Positions 36,949-48,936 of a DNA stretch of 64,000 nt are shown one piece after another (position 1 is the stretch's first letter; each line of letters starts with the position of its first letter). Below the pieces are notes generated by a model that was not told the origin of the DNA, did not search any database, and was given only the letters and a program-made list of their open reading frames with translations. This DNA is from Pavona decussata. Lineage: Eukaryota. Location: positions 5,394,001 to 5,458,000 of the forward strand of contig CDRNST010000051.1 in assembly GCA_977016875.1 (NCBI GenBank), read 5' to 3'. Made by a program: the position numbers and the translations under genes.

Positions 36949-37198
36949 TCGTGCCTCAGATTTGTTGGGAAATCGGCGAGGAATATCATAAAAAAAGAAA
37001 ATGACACTTACGTAGGCCAATAAAAAAGTGATCAAGCCACGCAACTTACGTCGCATAAGGTGAAAAGTCGGTAGCGTAATTGCCTTCTAACATTTCGTCC
37101 TCTCGGCGATGCATCTTCAGTTAATCGTGAGAAGAAACTGTGTCGTGTCGACTTAAGAGATTACTAAGTCGGACTTAGTGGTCTAATGTGAACCCACT

Positions 37199-38230
37199 TA
37201 TTGTTGTTTTCAGAATGCATCTCCGAAGGACTTTCCGTATTGTTGGCAGGACAATCCAGAACTTTTTTGCCAAATGTAATCTTCTCCGTTGGTTTCAATG
37301 AGGTGGCATACATGTTGAGCGGGCGGGTACCTGCTTTGAACTTGGTGGTTTCCTGGTGCACTGCTCTTTGCCTGACAGCTTTACCATTGTTTGCTGCCCA
37401 GTCTGACATGATTTCCCGCTCTCTTTCATTCAATTTTCTGGCCAGACCAAGGTGGCTCATCCTTGGAAGGGCATTGAGTGGAGTTGCTTGAGGGACGATG
37501 GGATAGTAAGACTTCTCCTGTGTGAAGTAGTATGCGGCCCACTGTACAACCCTCTTGGTACTCTCATAGACAGTATTTGCCAAATTTCACGCATAATGTA
37601 GCAAAGTGGGAAACTGTTGCTTAAACTTAAAGTGACCCACTGCATGTAAATTTACTACTTGAATGGTGAGGCGAGTGTGCAGGTCAATTTTGGAGCTTGG
37701 ATTCAACTTCTGTAACAGCTTTAACAGCTTTCAAACCATCCAGAATCATTTTTACTGATGATACTGTTTGACTGGACACAGTTTCAACTGTACCCGAGGG
37801 TTGGCATAGCTTTCAAAAGTTTTCCATTACATTTTCAACGTCAACGTGCTGTTGGAATAGTTTGAAGGTGTCAAATATGTTGTGTTCCGTTTTTATGGAT
37901 ATCCTTATTCTCTCCTTTCCTCCAAGAAAACCTGCCGATCCAGGATATTTAGGATCCACAAAGTAAACGATGCATTCCATAATGCGAACATCCTCATTAC
38001 TCCTGTACACATTTTATTGAATTGTAGTACCGTAATACGAAACAGAAATCACTGGTGTCAAAGGTCATTGGGAGACTTAACGCAACAACCACAATGGATC
38101 ATACGCAACAAGTTATTGAAGGTCCCCAAGGGCCTCTCAGTCTCGTGACCCTTAAGAGTTGGTCACATAAGGACATCCAGAGAACTTGGCATTGCTTTGA
38201 AGTCTTTTGTAGACTTTGTAGTTCTTCGGC
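37199..38230 (-). pseudogene. Decayed uncharacterised repeat-encoded protein, truncated by the Harbinger insertion
   Basis: Frameshifted fragments including WAAYYFT..KSYYP and KAVRQRAVHQETTKFKAGT. Family not assignable. Confidence 0.45.
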
Positions 38231-39154
38231 GAGTAATTTTCCACAGAAATAATTGCTTTTTCTTGTCAGTTATCACGGAAAACGGAAAATAATTTCTTTG
38301 TTTCACATATCACGACTGGCATGTCCTTCACAGTTCACAGCTTTTAACTTTTTACAATCACAAGTCACAGCAAATAATAACAGCTGATCACGTTTCACGG
38401 GAAACCCCCTTACGACCTCTCTTCTAAGGCCTGCTCCTCTTTTTTTTTGTGGGCGATTCTTCAGTTATATTAAGAAATTTCATTACTTATATCCATCAGT
38501 ATGCTTATAGGCCTTCGCACTGTGAGAAAGGGTAGAAACCCTTCATTATTGGTATTTTAGGTTTGAATGAATCAAAGAAGAGTATGGGAAGTAAAATGGA
38601 ATCTGAATTTGAAATCAGATATACCAGTAAAATACATGTTACCTTTGTCGTCTTTTCACCTTATTTGCACTGGCCCTCTTTTGAACTTCAGTCTCATCTG
38701 AATGAAACAAAGTAACTTCTTGAAACAAACTTGCAACACAAAATATGCAAATAGTAAAATAGATTGTTCAGATCATGTATCATGTATATTAGATGCGTAC
38801 TGTCAATAATTTACACAGCAGAACTTGCATGTAACTTTGATGTATGGCACTGTTGAACTTGATTTCATTTTGGTGACAACTTGCTCATATCAAGGGTCTA
38901 AGGGGTGGTATTCAAAATTCTGATACATGGGTGCAAGCCCTCCCCCCTCCTTCAAGAGAGCTTGCTTGCCGGCTGCACTTGTGAGATGTAGTACACAGAT
39001 TATAATTGTAATTTTGTTGCGTATACTATAAATAAAAAATCACACAACCTGCTGGTACAGGTACATATCTTGAGAAATGGGCCTAGTATGCTCCTGCAGA
39101 GAGTAGCTACAGTTGGCACATTCTGCAACTGCCACAAAGGTCCCTATTTCGTCA

Positions 39155-39495
39155 TAACTCACTCACTCGTTCACTCATGCCCATATGCTGGCTTGGCATG
39201 TAGGGCAGCAACAAAATTAAGCCACTCCTGTCTGTCCCTGGCCAGCCTCTGAATGGTTCCCCAGGTATGATGTAAGGTCTTCAGTTCTGCTTCCACAGTC
39301 CGACGCCAGGTGATCTTGGGTTGTCATCGCCTGCATCTCCCCTCTGATGTCCAGTGAAGGGCTGTGCGAGTGCTGTTGTCTTGCTCCCGTCGCATGACAT
39401 GTCCGATCCATTTCCATCGTCTTCGCATAATGATGGTTCCCATCTCGTCATAACCACGGCAGTAACTATGTTTCTCACACTTCCCCAGGTGGAAC
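39155..39495 (-). mobile_element. Short non-autonomous RTE-derived element
   Basis: The 3' part encodes an RTE ORF end (TWGTIQRLARDRQEWLNFVAALHA) followed by a (TGAG)n tail. Confidence 0.65.
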
Positions 39496-40969
39496 TATAT
39501 GGATCGATAATCATTTCATAATTGCTAGTAAACATAATACATTGGAAAATCTTTGTCCACATTGATGCACAGGTTTACATCTGCCCCCTTTGAACAAAGC
39601 TGCCAAAAAGTTGTTGTGTATCTGCACTGTATTTGAAAATTTTATGGCTTAATTTCTATATGATCAATAAGAGTGCAGTATGTGGAAAAATGTGGGTGAT
39701 TTCTTTTGTTCAAAAACAAAACAATCATGAGCGCATGACGGCCACTCACCTGTTTGAAGGAATATTTTTAGATAATGTGTGAGAGAATACAGATAAAAAA
39801 CTTTGAAAAACAAACCCCGTGAAACTATGTCAAGTTATCAGTCCCTTTTGCCTGGCAGTTAATTTTAGCCATGTTAAGCTGATTTAGCCTGCATCACAGA
39901 CAGTGTATGACGCTGGTATAGTCTGTCTGCACAACAGCTCCCAAAAGCCTGTTCTGATATCCAGCAGGTTTGCAAGGATATATGTAACCATTTCTGATTT
40001 GGTAGTTTCTTAGGCGTTTTGTGGTTGGACAAATTCTTGCATAACATCTATTTCAGTCGTGAGCGAAGAAAAAGTATTGATCAATAGTCAACAGATCTAA
40101 CACACTTTCTACGGTTTTGTGGCATTTGCCGAATTTGCTGTTCTCTAAAAGTTTGGTCTTCCGGCCTATTTTGCTTCACACTTCTATCTTAAGGGCACTA
40201 TATACTGCATTATTACGAATCATTAATTATACGAATCAGACGCAGTCTTTTAAACAAGAAATCTGAATTAGTTTTAAACAAAGTACATGTAGCGTTACTT
40301 ATGAACATTTCCAAACAAAAGTTCATTGATGGTATTGACGTCACGGTGGCCATGTTGGTCAGAAACGATAGAAATTGTTTGCACAAAACTAGAGTCTTAT
40401 TCCAAAAAAAAAATCTTTGCACGAAACTAGAGTTTTATTCCAAAAGTATGGTTCTCCATAGTTCTGATCACCCACACAGCCGCCCTGAAAACCACAAATT
40501 ACTGTTTTTGCGTGCAGCAATAGTCTTATGTTATGCCTCGTTCTTCAAATGCGATTAACCCTGAAATGTACCTTGTGTACCAACACATTTGAGGTGGACA
40601 AAAGTGTTTACTCTGGACAAATTCAAGGCCGATTATAAAATTAAAACTGAAATAAAAAGGAAGTTGAGTTAACTTATATAAGCTTAAGTTACTTACATGG
40701 CATGGTGCCACACGTCCACAAGAGTTGCACCTACTCGATTCTTCCTTTTAGGTAATCAGGGAGCATCCCCCAAAACGATTTTCTATTTGATTTCGGCACC
40801 CCCCTCGCCATAAACCTTCGTGATCTTTTGCAACCATGGACGACTTGGTTACTTATCTTCAAAAACTGAAATTTGAAACGGAAATCTAACAAACCTTTCC
40901 AACCGCCGCCATGTTGAAGCCGTCCAAAAGCAGAGACCACGTGACACTGAACCCAACAACTCACTTTTC

Positions 40970-41106
40970 AAAGAATCAAGTTTGCATTTTCGGAGAATCA
41001 AGTTTGTGTTTTTAAAGAATCAAGTTTGCGTTTCAAAGAATCAAGTTTGTGTTTTTAAAGAATCAAGTTTTATTTCTAAGAATCAAGTTTTATTTCACAG
41101 AATCAA
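40970..41106. repeat. ~20-22-bp tandem repeat AAGAATCAAGTTTG(C/T)GTTTT, about 6-7 copies
   Basis: Seen directly. Confidence 0.9.
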
Positions 41107-41165
41107 AAGTAGGTAATTGTGTTACTGAGTTTATAGGACACCATATTGTTGCTCTTGTTTTACAG

Positions 41166-41521
41166 CTTGAAGAATCTTGAAGGGGCTAAAGACTGCCTGA
41201 TTGCAGGTGGAGCAAAAAAGCTTTCAGGATTAGCTGCAAATTTACTGGAAGATGTTTTACACAAGTGTGGTCCTGACAGCTTCAAAGTCTTAAGAATTGT
41301 CAAGAATGGGCAAGCGTTTTTTAGTAATTAACGAGGATGGTGAAGAGAAATGCATGTGTCGTGTTACTGTCTAATGGGACAGTAGGAGAAATCAACTTCT
41401 TCATTTGGAACAAGATGTCTGGAAAAACACTTGTTGCCTATAAAAAAACAGAGCCTGATCTTGATAAACCATTCTTCTTTGACAATGCTGGTTGTCACGT
41501 GCTACGAATGAGACCACAAAG
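41166..41521 (+). pseudogene. Internal exon resembling the C-terminal region of a CACTA-type transposase
   Basis: Acceptor TTTTACAG at 41165, RIVKNGQAFFS..RMVKRNACVV..GEINFF, and GT donor at 41522. Confidence 0.45.
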
Positions 41522-41695
41522 GTATTAATCACTTCACAGCTTATACTGGGGATTCAAGTTGAGTGTTTAACGGTGTCAGTTGTCATGTTCGTGGTCACAG
41601 TTGGTTGGTCACGTTGCTAGGCAAAATTTCAGACGTTGCTAGGCGGGAATGACAACGTTCTGTCTGGGAAAAGGTGCGTTTGCCGTTGAAGCAAA

Positions 41696-43315
41696 ATGTG
41701 GAACGTTAACACGAATGGTCTCTCTTACATATCAGGAAAACCTTTATCTTCCAATCTACAGCATTTAATCATCGATAAAATTATTGAAAAAGGATGTGAC
41801 CCACTAACAATGATATATCCTGGCCGATATGTAGATATCGCAAATGAGTTAAAAGTTTCATCGGCTGTAGTTGCCAAAATTTGGAAAAACTACTGCGAGT
41901 CTGGTACTCTTAGTCCGATAAAACACGGAGAAGGAAATCCAAGTCGATTATCTGAAGGAGATCTTCAACTAATTGAAGTCCTGAAAAGACAGAAGCCACT
42001 ATATCTTATGCGGAAGTGCTGGACTGTTTGTATGACTGTGGCGATTTACCCCATGGAATAACTTCGACAACGGCGAGAAGTTTAGCTACAAAAAAATGAC
42101 ACGTTGCACAGGAAAGATTTATGGTAGTAAATATGGCGTATACCCAACTGTTTGTTGATTATTTATATGCCAAGGATCCTTACACGCTGAAATACTTTGA
42201 TGAATGTGGCGTGAAACTTCCCGTGAACAGTGTTCGTAAATTTGGGCACGCGCCGATTGGAAAAAGAGCTATTGAAGTAACAAGGTACGCTGAGGACGCC
42301 AACACTACCGTAAATCTTATGTGCTCCCTAACTGGAGTTAATTATATGAACACAGTTGAGGGAGCAGCAAATACCTTAGACTTTCTGCATTTTTTTGAGG
42401 AGGCTTATTCCTCGCGAAGCGAGGTTAATAAATTTGTCGGGCCGAGCCGGCCCGAGTGGAGCTAAGCCGCGCGAGTTTGAGCAAAAAATATATTTATATA
42501 TTTGTATGTTTGTATATTTAGTTGAAGGTGTCCGCAATGACGTCAGACTGTCTGGTGTCGTCTGAAAAAAATTTGCATACATCGGAAAAAATATGCGAGC
42601 ATGATCAAATTTCAACTGCAATGTTCATCAATATTCACTGATGCAGAACTATCTCTCCAGAATCTTTTCCCTTTCTTCCAGAAATCTTTTTTTGTGAAAG
42701 ATTGCATTGAAGAAATTACACGTTTTGTGGCCGCGGTAAAATAATTTTCCGTGGGAAATAAATTCATCGAACACGACAGCGCTTCACGCCCGTTGTGCAT
42801 TTCATCGCGTCAGAAATAGATTTTTAACCGCAAACTAGCCCGTGGAACTACGAAAAGACCATGCTCATCAAAATAGTTGCTATGTTCAGAAACCTTTTAA
42901 TCTCCTCATTTGATGCTACAACACGAAAGAGGGCTTTCCACCCAGCCCCAGCTTCGCGAGGTTTTGCGAGTCACGTATTTCTAGTAAATCATTGAATCCT
43001 GCAACTATGAGGCCCTGCCTTGAGGTCGGAGACACAATAGTAATGGATAATTGTCCCACTCATCACCACGAAGGTGGACGTATTTTAAGAGATTTTCTTG
43101 ATGATCTCAATATCGAGCTGGTTTACATGCCTGCATATTCCTCAGATTTTAATCCTGCGGAGTATGTTTTCGGCAAACTGAAATGTTTGCTGAGATATCA
43201 GCTGGAACAACTAACTAACACTGACTTGAAGGAATCCTTGTACACTGCAATAACCTTCATCACTCCTGGTGACATGCACGAATTTTTTAAGATCACAGGT
43301 TATTTAGGCGTTTAA
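41696..43315 (+). pseudogene. Tc1/IS630-family DD37E transposase with paired-like N-terminus, interrupted at 42408-42984
   Basis: NTNGLSYISGKPLS (paired-like), YFDECG and IVMDN-x37-E (PAYSSDFNPAE). Removing the insert rejoins ORFs 42121.. and 42992.. in frame (EEAYKSLNP). Confidence 0.9.
42408..42984 (+). mobile_element. Non-autonomous Helitron/Helitron2-like insertion
   Basis: Inserted between A and T with no TSD and ends in CTAG. 5' hairpin CCTCGC-GAA-GCGAGG, and an asymmetric inverted repeat CCTCGCGAAGC (42410-42420 / 42951-42961). Confidence 0.75.
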
Positions 43316-44939
43316 GTTTGATACTATAAAGAGACTGCCACAGTGAAAACGAGGTAAAAAGATTCTAAAAAGAATTAATACTGTGAACTTTACAGTAAGG
43401 GATAATGAGTCGATAATGCATGCGTTCATATTTGATATTTGTCATATTTGTGCTAGTAATCAAGTTTAATACGTGTATTGTGTATGCGGCTACATGTAAA
43501 ATTATCTTACAGGACTTTTGATAAATAGTTACTATTGTTTTGCCAAATACTCCTTGCTAGATCCATCTACATTGTGTTTTTTAATGTTTAGTTTTGAAAG
43601 CATTTGTCTAGTTGCGTAACAACTGCCTGACAGCTGCAGACTACTAAATTGGCGAGCGGCATGTAAAAATAAATTCCAGGTTTGCAGAATTCAAAACCAT
43701 AATTTTTTACTTTTTTACAAAAACGATACTTTTGCGGCAAAACTTTAACTCTCACTATTACAGGATCTTGCTCAGGTTTATTTCAGTGCATAGTCGTGCA
43801 CTCTATAAATATGCGAGCGAACATTCTAACAATAACACTTGATCGATGATCAGATACTCAATTCGGACTGATAAACATTGCTGCAGGAAAGCACCCACCT
43901 GAAAACACAAGACAAAAATTCACACAAGACTCATTGTCAAACGCAACGAATCTTTTAATATTAACTTTATAAACCTTTACTAGTATAAACTCAAGTACAA
44001 AATGGATGTTGAAGAAAAAAATGAACTGTATAAACCTAACTGGGATATGTGGTCAACACAAAACACAAACGCCACATTTTGCGGTGTTTGCTTTTCTGTA
44101 CTAGTAAGAAGAAAGTCAAGACTCCACTTACAAAATTTTATACCAAAGCTTACTAGTAAGTTTTTACTTTCCCGGTTACTTTGAACTTCTGCGTTGCAGC
44201 TCTAATAGAGCCGCCACAGCATTCGCTTCAAATTGTAATTCTAAGTGTTGAGACAGTTCTGTAATGCAGCGTTCACTAGCGGCACACTCGACTGAGTTTA
44301 CATTCATAATAGGTTCTTTAGTTATTGTACCGCTAGTAGCTTGCCAGGTAATCAGTTCAGGGCATGGTGAGAACTCACAGGCATTCGGTGACTCCATTTC
44401 TTGTTGTTGCAGCTTTAGTACAAGTTTAAAGTCAATCTCCACTTGCGGACACATAGACACGCATGATTTCTTAGTAGCCTCTTCTGTGAACTCATCCTGT
44501 AGTCAGTTTGTTTGTGAACATCAGAATAAATTCTTGAAGTATGAGAGCTACTAGATGAGGTCTCAGGATGAGTGGTGCCTTTGATTTCAATGTCATCAAG
44601 AAGCTTTTTCACGTTCTCACGAGATGGGAGCTTTCCCTTCAAGTGTCTTTACTCCTGAGCCTCACTTGAGAGAAAGAGGAGTACATTTTAGCTGATACTG
44701 TAAATTATGTACTTTTGTAACTTAAAGATTGCATAATAGGACATGATGTGGTTGGTACTGATTTACATGTATGTGCCATACATGCTTTATGAGTATATCT
44801 CTCCGTGACATTAAGTGCAGAATCAAAGGATTGTGAAATATTAAAGACGTCATTTTTTTAATTGAAGTCTTGTAACTTGTAACATTCTTAAATTAATCCA
44901 ATTCCCCCACTCTTCAATGATCATAAGACGTTCCCTGAC

Positions 44940-45231
44940 CATTCATTTCCACTTTTTTTCTCAAATTCCTAGGAGTTCCCAATAATTCCAATTAGTATTT
45001 TAGCCATTCCGAGACATAATGAAAGTTTCCAAGTTTGTGAGTTGATTCCAATTTGCATGTCTTGGAACTGTTACCAATTCCTAGGAATTCCCAATAATTC
45101 TCAGTATCATAGTAAACCATTCCCAGAAATTTCCAAAAAGTCCAAGCCTGTGAAGTTATTGTAATTTGCATCTTTAGGAATTAGGAGGAATTCCTAGGAT
45201 TCCAAGTTTTCTTGGAATTTGTTGTGAAGGG
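44940..45231. mobile_element. Second CACTA/CMC-like terminus with GGAATTCC subterminal repeats
   Basis: TTCCTAGGAATTCC-type repeats end in GTTGTGAAGGG. Confidence 0.55.
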
Positions 45232-45298
45232 AAGGTTTTACTCTGGTCCATAGACACAGGAATGTTTCATTCATTTGTATAAGGAAGTGACAAAGTGA

Positions 45299-46130
45299 TC
45301 AGATCATTTTTGTCCAATGGGAGGTGTCTTGATAATCATACTGACGTTGATACAGCTGCTGTTGATACCACTGCCCCTGTGGTACCAGTGGTGCAAACTG
45401 ATATGGAGGAATTCCACTACCCTGGTCAATGGCCAGTTCCATATCATGAAATGCCTTTAGTGCACTCAGCTGTAGTGATAATCTACACTTCAATGGAATT
45501 CTTTTAAATTTTGGGACCAAGCATAAGCAAAACAATGTATCCCCATCTTCATAATTAACTAACCTTTTTTGGTCACCACCTTGCAAAACCGAATTAAATT
45601 GTTTCATTGTGTTGACGACTTTATTCTCAACAGAAAAATCTGACCCACTTTGCTTGGACCATGGTTGTTTTCCGCCTTTTCTTGTAGGATACTGACCAGG
45701 CTTGTTTAATTTTGTACTACTAGAATCACTATCCGTTGCTGTACTGGCGTGTCTTTCATCACAAGTTGACACCCCATTGTTTGGTAGAGTTTTTTCGTCA
45801 CGGACTGTCGCCATCATTTCCTATTGAAAGCCACTTTGAGGGTCAATGTTTTCACATGATGAATATTCATCGTCTTCATTTACTCCATCATCGAACTTCT
45901 TTATTGGGCTGGACATTTCACTCGAACTGCCAGTGGAGATAGGAGAATCTTTCGATCTTTTCATGTTTGTACAGGTCTCCTGGTGCTTAATGTGTGAAAT
46001 CAGCCAACGAAGTTACTCGTAGTTGGGTCTGATTTCCACTTTGTCTCATCCACAGCCCAACTTCCCCTTTAAATTCTTGATATGCTTGGAAACGTTGGTG
46101 CATATTGTGTGATATCTGAGGACATGTCTA
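45299..46130 (-). pseudogene. MADF/BESS-type gene remnant (Harbinger accessory-like)
   Basis: BESS-like EDGDTLFCLCLVPKFKRIP..LQLSALKAF, with an upstream LRWLISHIK segment resembling the end of a MADF domain. Confidence 0.55.
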
Positions 46131-46519
46131 TGTTTAGCTTTGTTGCCACAGCCAAGCATTTCTTTTTACCCTCTGGTCTTTGCATTCTGGACAAGATTTG
46201 TCAAAAATGCCTTATAGTGTCCATTAAGACTCTTACTTGAGTAATTAGATCGCGCTTGTTCACTATGGTGTTCTAGAATATCTACCACTTTGGAATGAAT
46301 TGTGGGCTCTATTTGCCATTGGTACATTGCCAAGGATTCAAAGGAGGGGCTGGTGCAGGTTGGGGTGCCAGGTGTATGGGTTGTACCCTTTGTGCTGCGT
46401 TTCCAGTTATGGGATCGGGACAGGTGTGTCTCCCACTTCCTTCGTAGTAGCATTTGTTTTTGCACCGATTGCATCCGACCTCTAGTTCCCCCAACAGACG
46501 AAGAGTCATTCTTGTTGGT

Positions 46520-47900
46520 TGCTTGAGATCATTTTGCATTTCTACCCATAGTGCCTCAAAGTCATTTGTTGATGATGTAAGATCAGCTCGGGTTGTAAAT
46601 AAATGATCCTCCTTTATATAAAAACCAGCATTTGTAAGTAAATGAATAACCTGGCATTTCAATATTGGGTAAAAAAACTTTGATCAATCTCAGTGAGACC
46701 CACCATTGAGAAGGGAAAATATAATTCAGACAACACATGTTGTAAATTATCAAAGTTGGCTGGCAAGCTCCTAAATGTAATGTTGCAGTGCAAAGCAGAA
46801 AAGCATTTGTCAGAAAAATATTCATTTGTATAATGATTATCGTGAAATTCATGACAACTATAGTACTGAAAACTCATATCATAGGGTAAGTGGAGATCAA
46901 CATCAGAGCTAGCAAGATGGTCTATACTAGTTGGGAGAAAGGTAATCTCAAGTAATGGCAAAGAGGCAAAGTCAATGTCCTGTTTAATGTTAATAACATT
47001 CTTGATTCTATACCTAAGGCAATTCATGACTAAGGTGGAAACATTCCTTGAGCGTAGGACATTTCTTCGCCTTATTTGCGTAAGGCTTTAGCATTGGTGA
47101 TCTGGATTACCTTGCTAGCTTCATGTTGATCCTTCCTCATGAAGATCTTACCCCCATCGGTCCACAAGAATTTGAATCCTTTGTCGTTCTTGACTTTAAG
47201 ACAATCCTTACAGAGTTCCTTGTTGCTTTGAGGAAGACTTTCATTAAAAATGATTCTATTCTCCTCAGAAAAGCCAAAGCCTTGCAATGTTATGTCCTTG
47301 AGGACCTTCTTGATAAAGTTTCTCACAAACATGCCAGCTCATAAACTTCACAATAATGGCAGGTTGGAATAAAGCTCTTTCTCCCTTTGCCTTCACTTTA
47401 CTCGGAAGATGATGGCTTGTTGATACATCCTCTTTTTTTAGATCAACTCCAATCTTTCCACCCAGCTTAACAACAATTTCGTTCATATCTTCCCGCGTCA
47501 CTGCGACTCCTTGGGATACTGAATTTCGAAGCAGTCTTGCCTCGAGTATTGTTCAAGTTCGTTAAATGATTCCTTCAAAGCTTTTAACTGGTTTGTAGTA
47601 TCCAAGAGCTCAGCTTTTAGACTCTTGTTCTCATTGACCAGATCTGTCATTCCTTTTTCGTAGGTTGACATTTTTGTTAGTATCTGCTCATAATTAAAGT
47701 TCGCAGTGGCGATAGACTTCTTCATGCGTAAAGGCTCTAAAGCCTTCTCCAACAAATTCTAGAATTCTTCTGTCGTTAGACCTCCAGTAATGGTACATAG
47801 ATGAATTAAGACATGTAACACGAAAAAAAGAAGATGCAGCCTTGATAAGCTAAATTCACTTTAAATTTAACGAAGCTCAAAAATCACTGCCATCTTTTTC
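46520..47900 (-). mobile_element. CR1/L2-group LINE 5' part (ORF1 and start of endonuclease)
   Basis: ORF1 pieces LEQYSRQDCFEI, DVSTSHHLP, IIVKF, IFNESL and FLWTDGGKIFMRK. Endonuclease pieces LHCNI.RSLPANFDNL..VGLTE and FEALWVEM. Confidence 0.8.
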
Positions 47901-47951
47901 TCTGACCGCTGACTACTCAACGTAAAGGTGAAAATTGGGTTCCCTTAGTGA

Positions 47952-48480
47952 TCAAACAAGCTGCAACACGCAGAGTTCCAGATCCAAGACTCTACACCAG
48001 TATAGAAATTGCGGGTGCTCTGCAGACGTCTTATCTTTCCATGCTTCTTCGGTATCTTCAAGAGCTTCTTGGTATTTTAGATAAGCCTTTTGCAGCAGAA
48101 TGTACAGACTGGTTGCAGTGATCTTGTGGGCGCGTCTTTTTCTTGTGAGATGGGAGGCTTTAATGAAGGAGTCTGCAACACGTGTAGAGGGAGACCCAGC
48201 AACGCCAATTACTGTTGTCCAGCCACGTCCATGAAGCCAGTTTGCCAGCACTTTGTGTGCCACCATTTCAATATGTAGGCCACCTAGCATGACTACGAAC
48301 TTATCCTCTCCATGTGTTGATGGGCAATTCCATTGAATTTGCTTGGGGATAGCAAATAATGGCTGATCAAGTGTGAGTACAGGTTTCTTTCTAGGGTTGA
48401 CATATTGGACCTTGGACTTTATAACATTCATTGCATGCAAGATCATGGCAACAGAATGAGCATTCTCAACAAACAAAGGT
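47952..48480 (-). pseudogene. Academ-like DNA transposase fragment
   Basis: PVLTLDQPLFAI.KQIQW..GEDKFVVMLGGLHIEM..GWTT..ASHLTRKRRAH. The family call is from recalled motifs. Confidence 0.55.
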
Positions 48481-48936
48481 CGACTTATAAACCGGAAAGT
48501 ACGTTATCTCAAGGGCATAAGCCATGATTGACTTTTTTTTACTTCATATTTTTTTATTTATTTCTGTGGTTTTTATTTTTAAGCACGCTCTTTGAAAAGA
48601 AAATGTCATAAGCAAAGGCCTATGTCCTGAAACATACCTGTAAGAAATTTATTACTGTAGTATATAAAATTTCTGACTAATGTTTAGCACTGGGCCATTG
48701 TTGGTATGGTGAACTTTTTGTTTAACAAATAATTGAACTGGTGAGTGGAAAATGGCCCCAAGTGACTCTTGATCATGCATTAAATTCTCCCCCTTTTTAC
48801 CAGGAAACACAAGGTAATTTGGGAAGAGAATCTAGCAGTTTATCAGAAGTCACTTAAGGCTATTTTCCAAGCGCCCCTTCAATTCAAAATTATTTCGAGT
48901 CTGTTAACGGTTTACTTAGTTTTGCATCAGTATTCA

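Larger units (their letters stand above)
34420..37198. mobile_element. PIF/Harbinger transposon with convergent transposase and Myb/SANT-like genes
   Basis: Two-gene layout typical of Harbinger, with CTAAGTC/GACTTAG subterminal repeats at both ends. The right end is GTGAACCCACT at 37198. The left end is interrupted by another MITE ending TGAACCGGGCCTAA (~34417). Confidence 0.85.
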
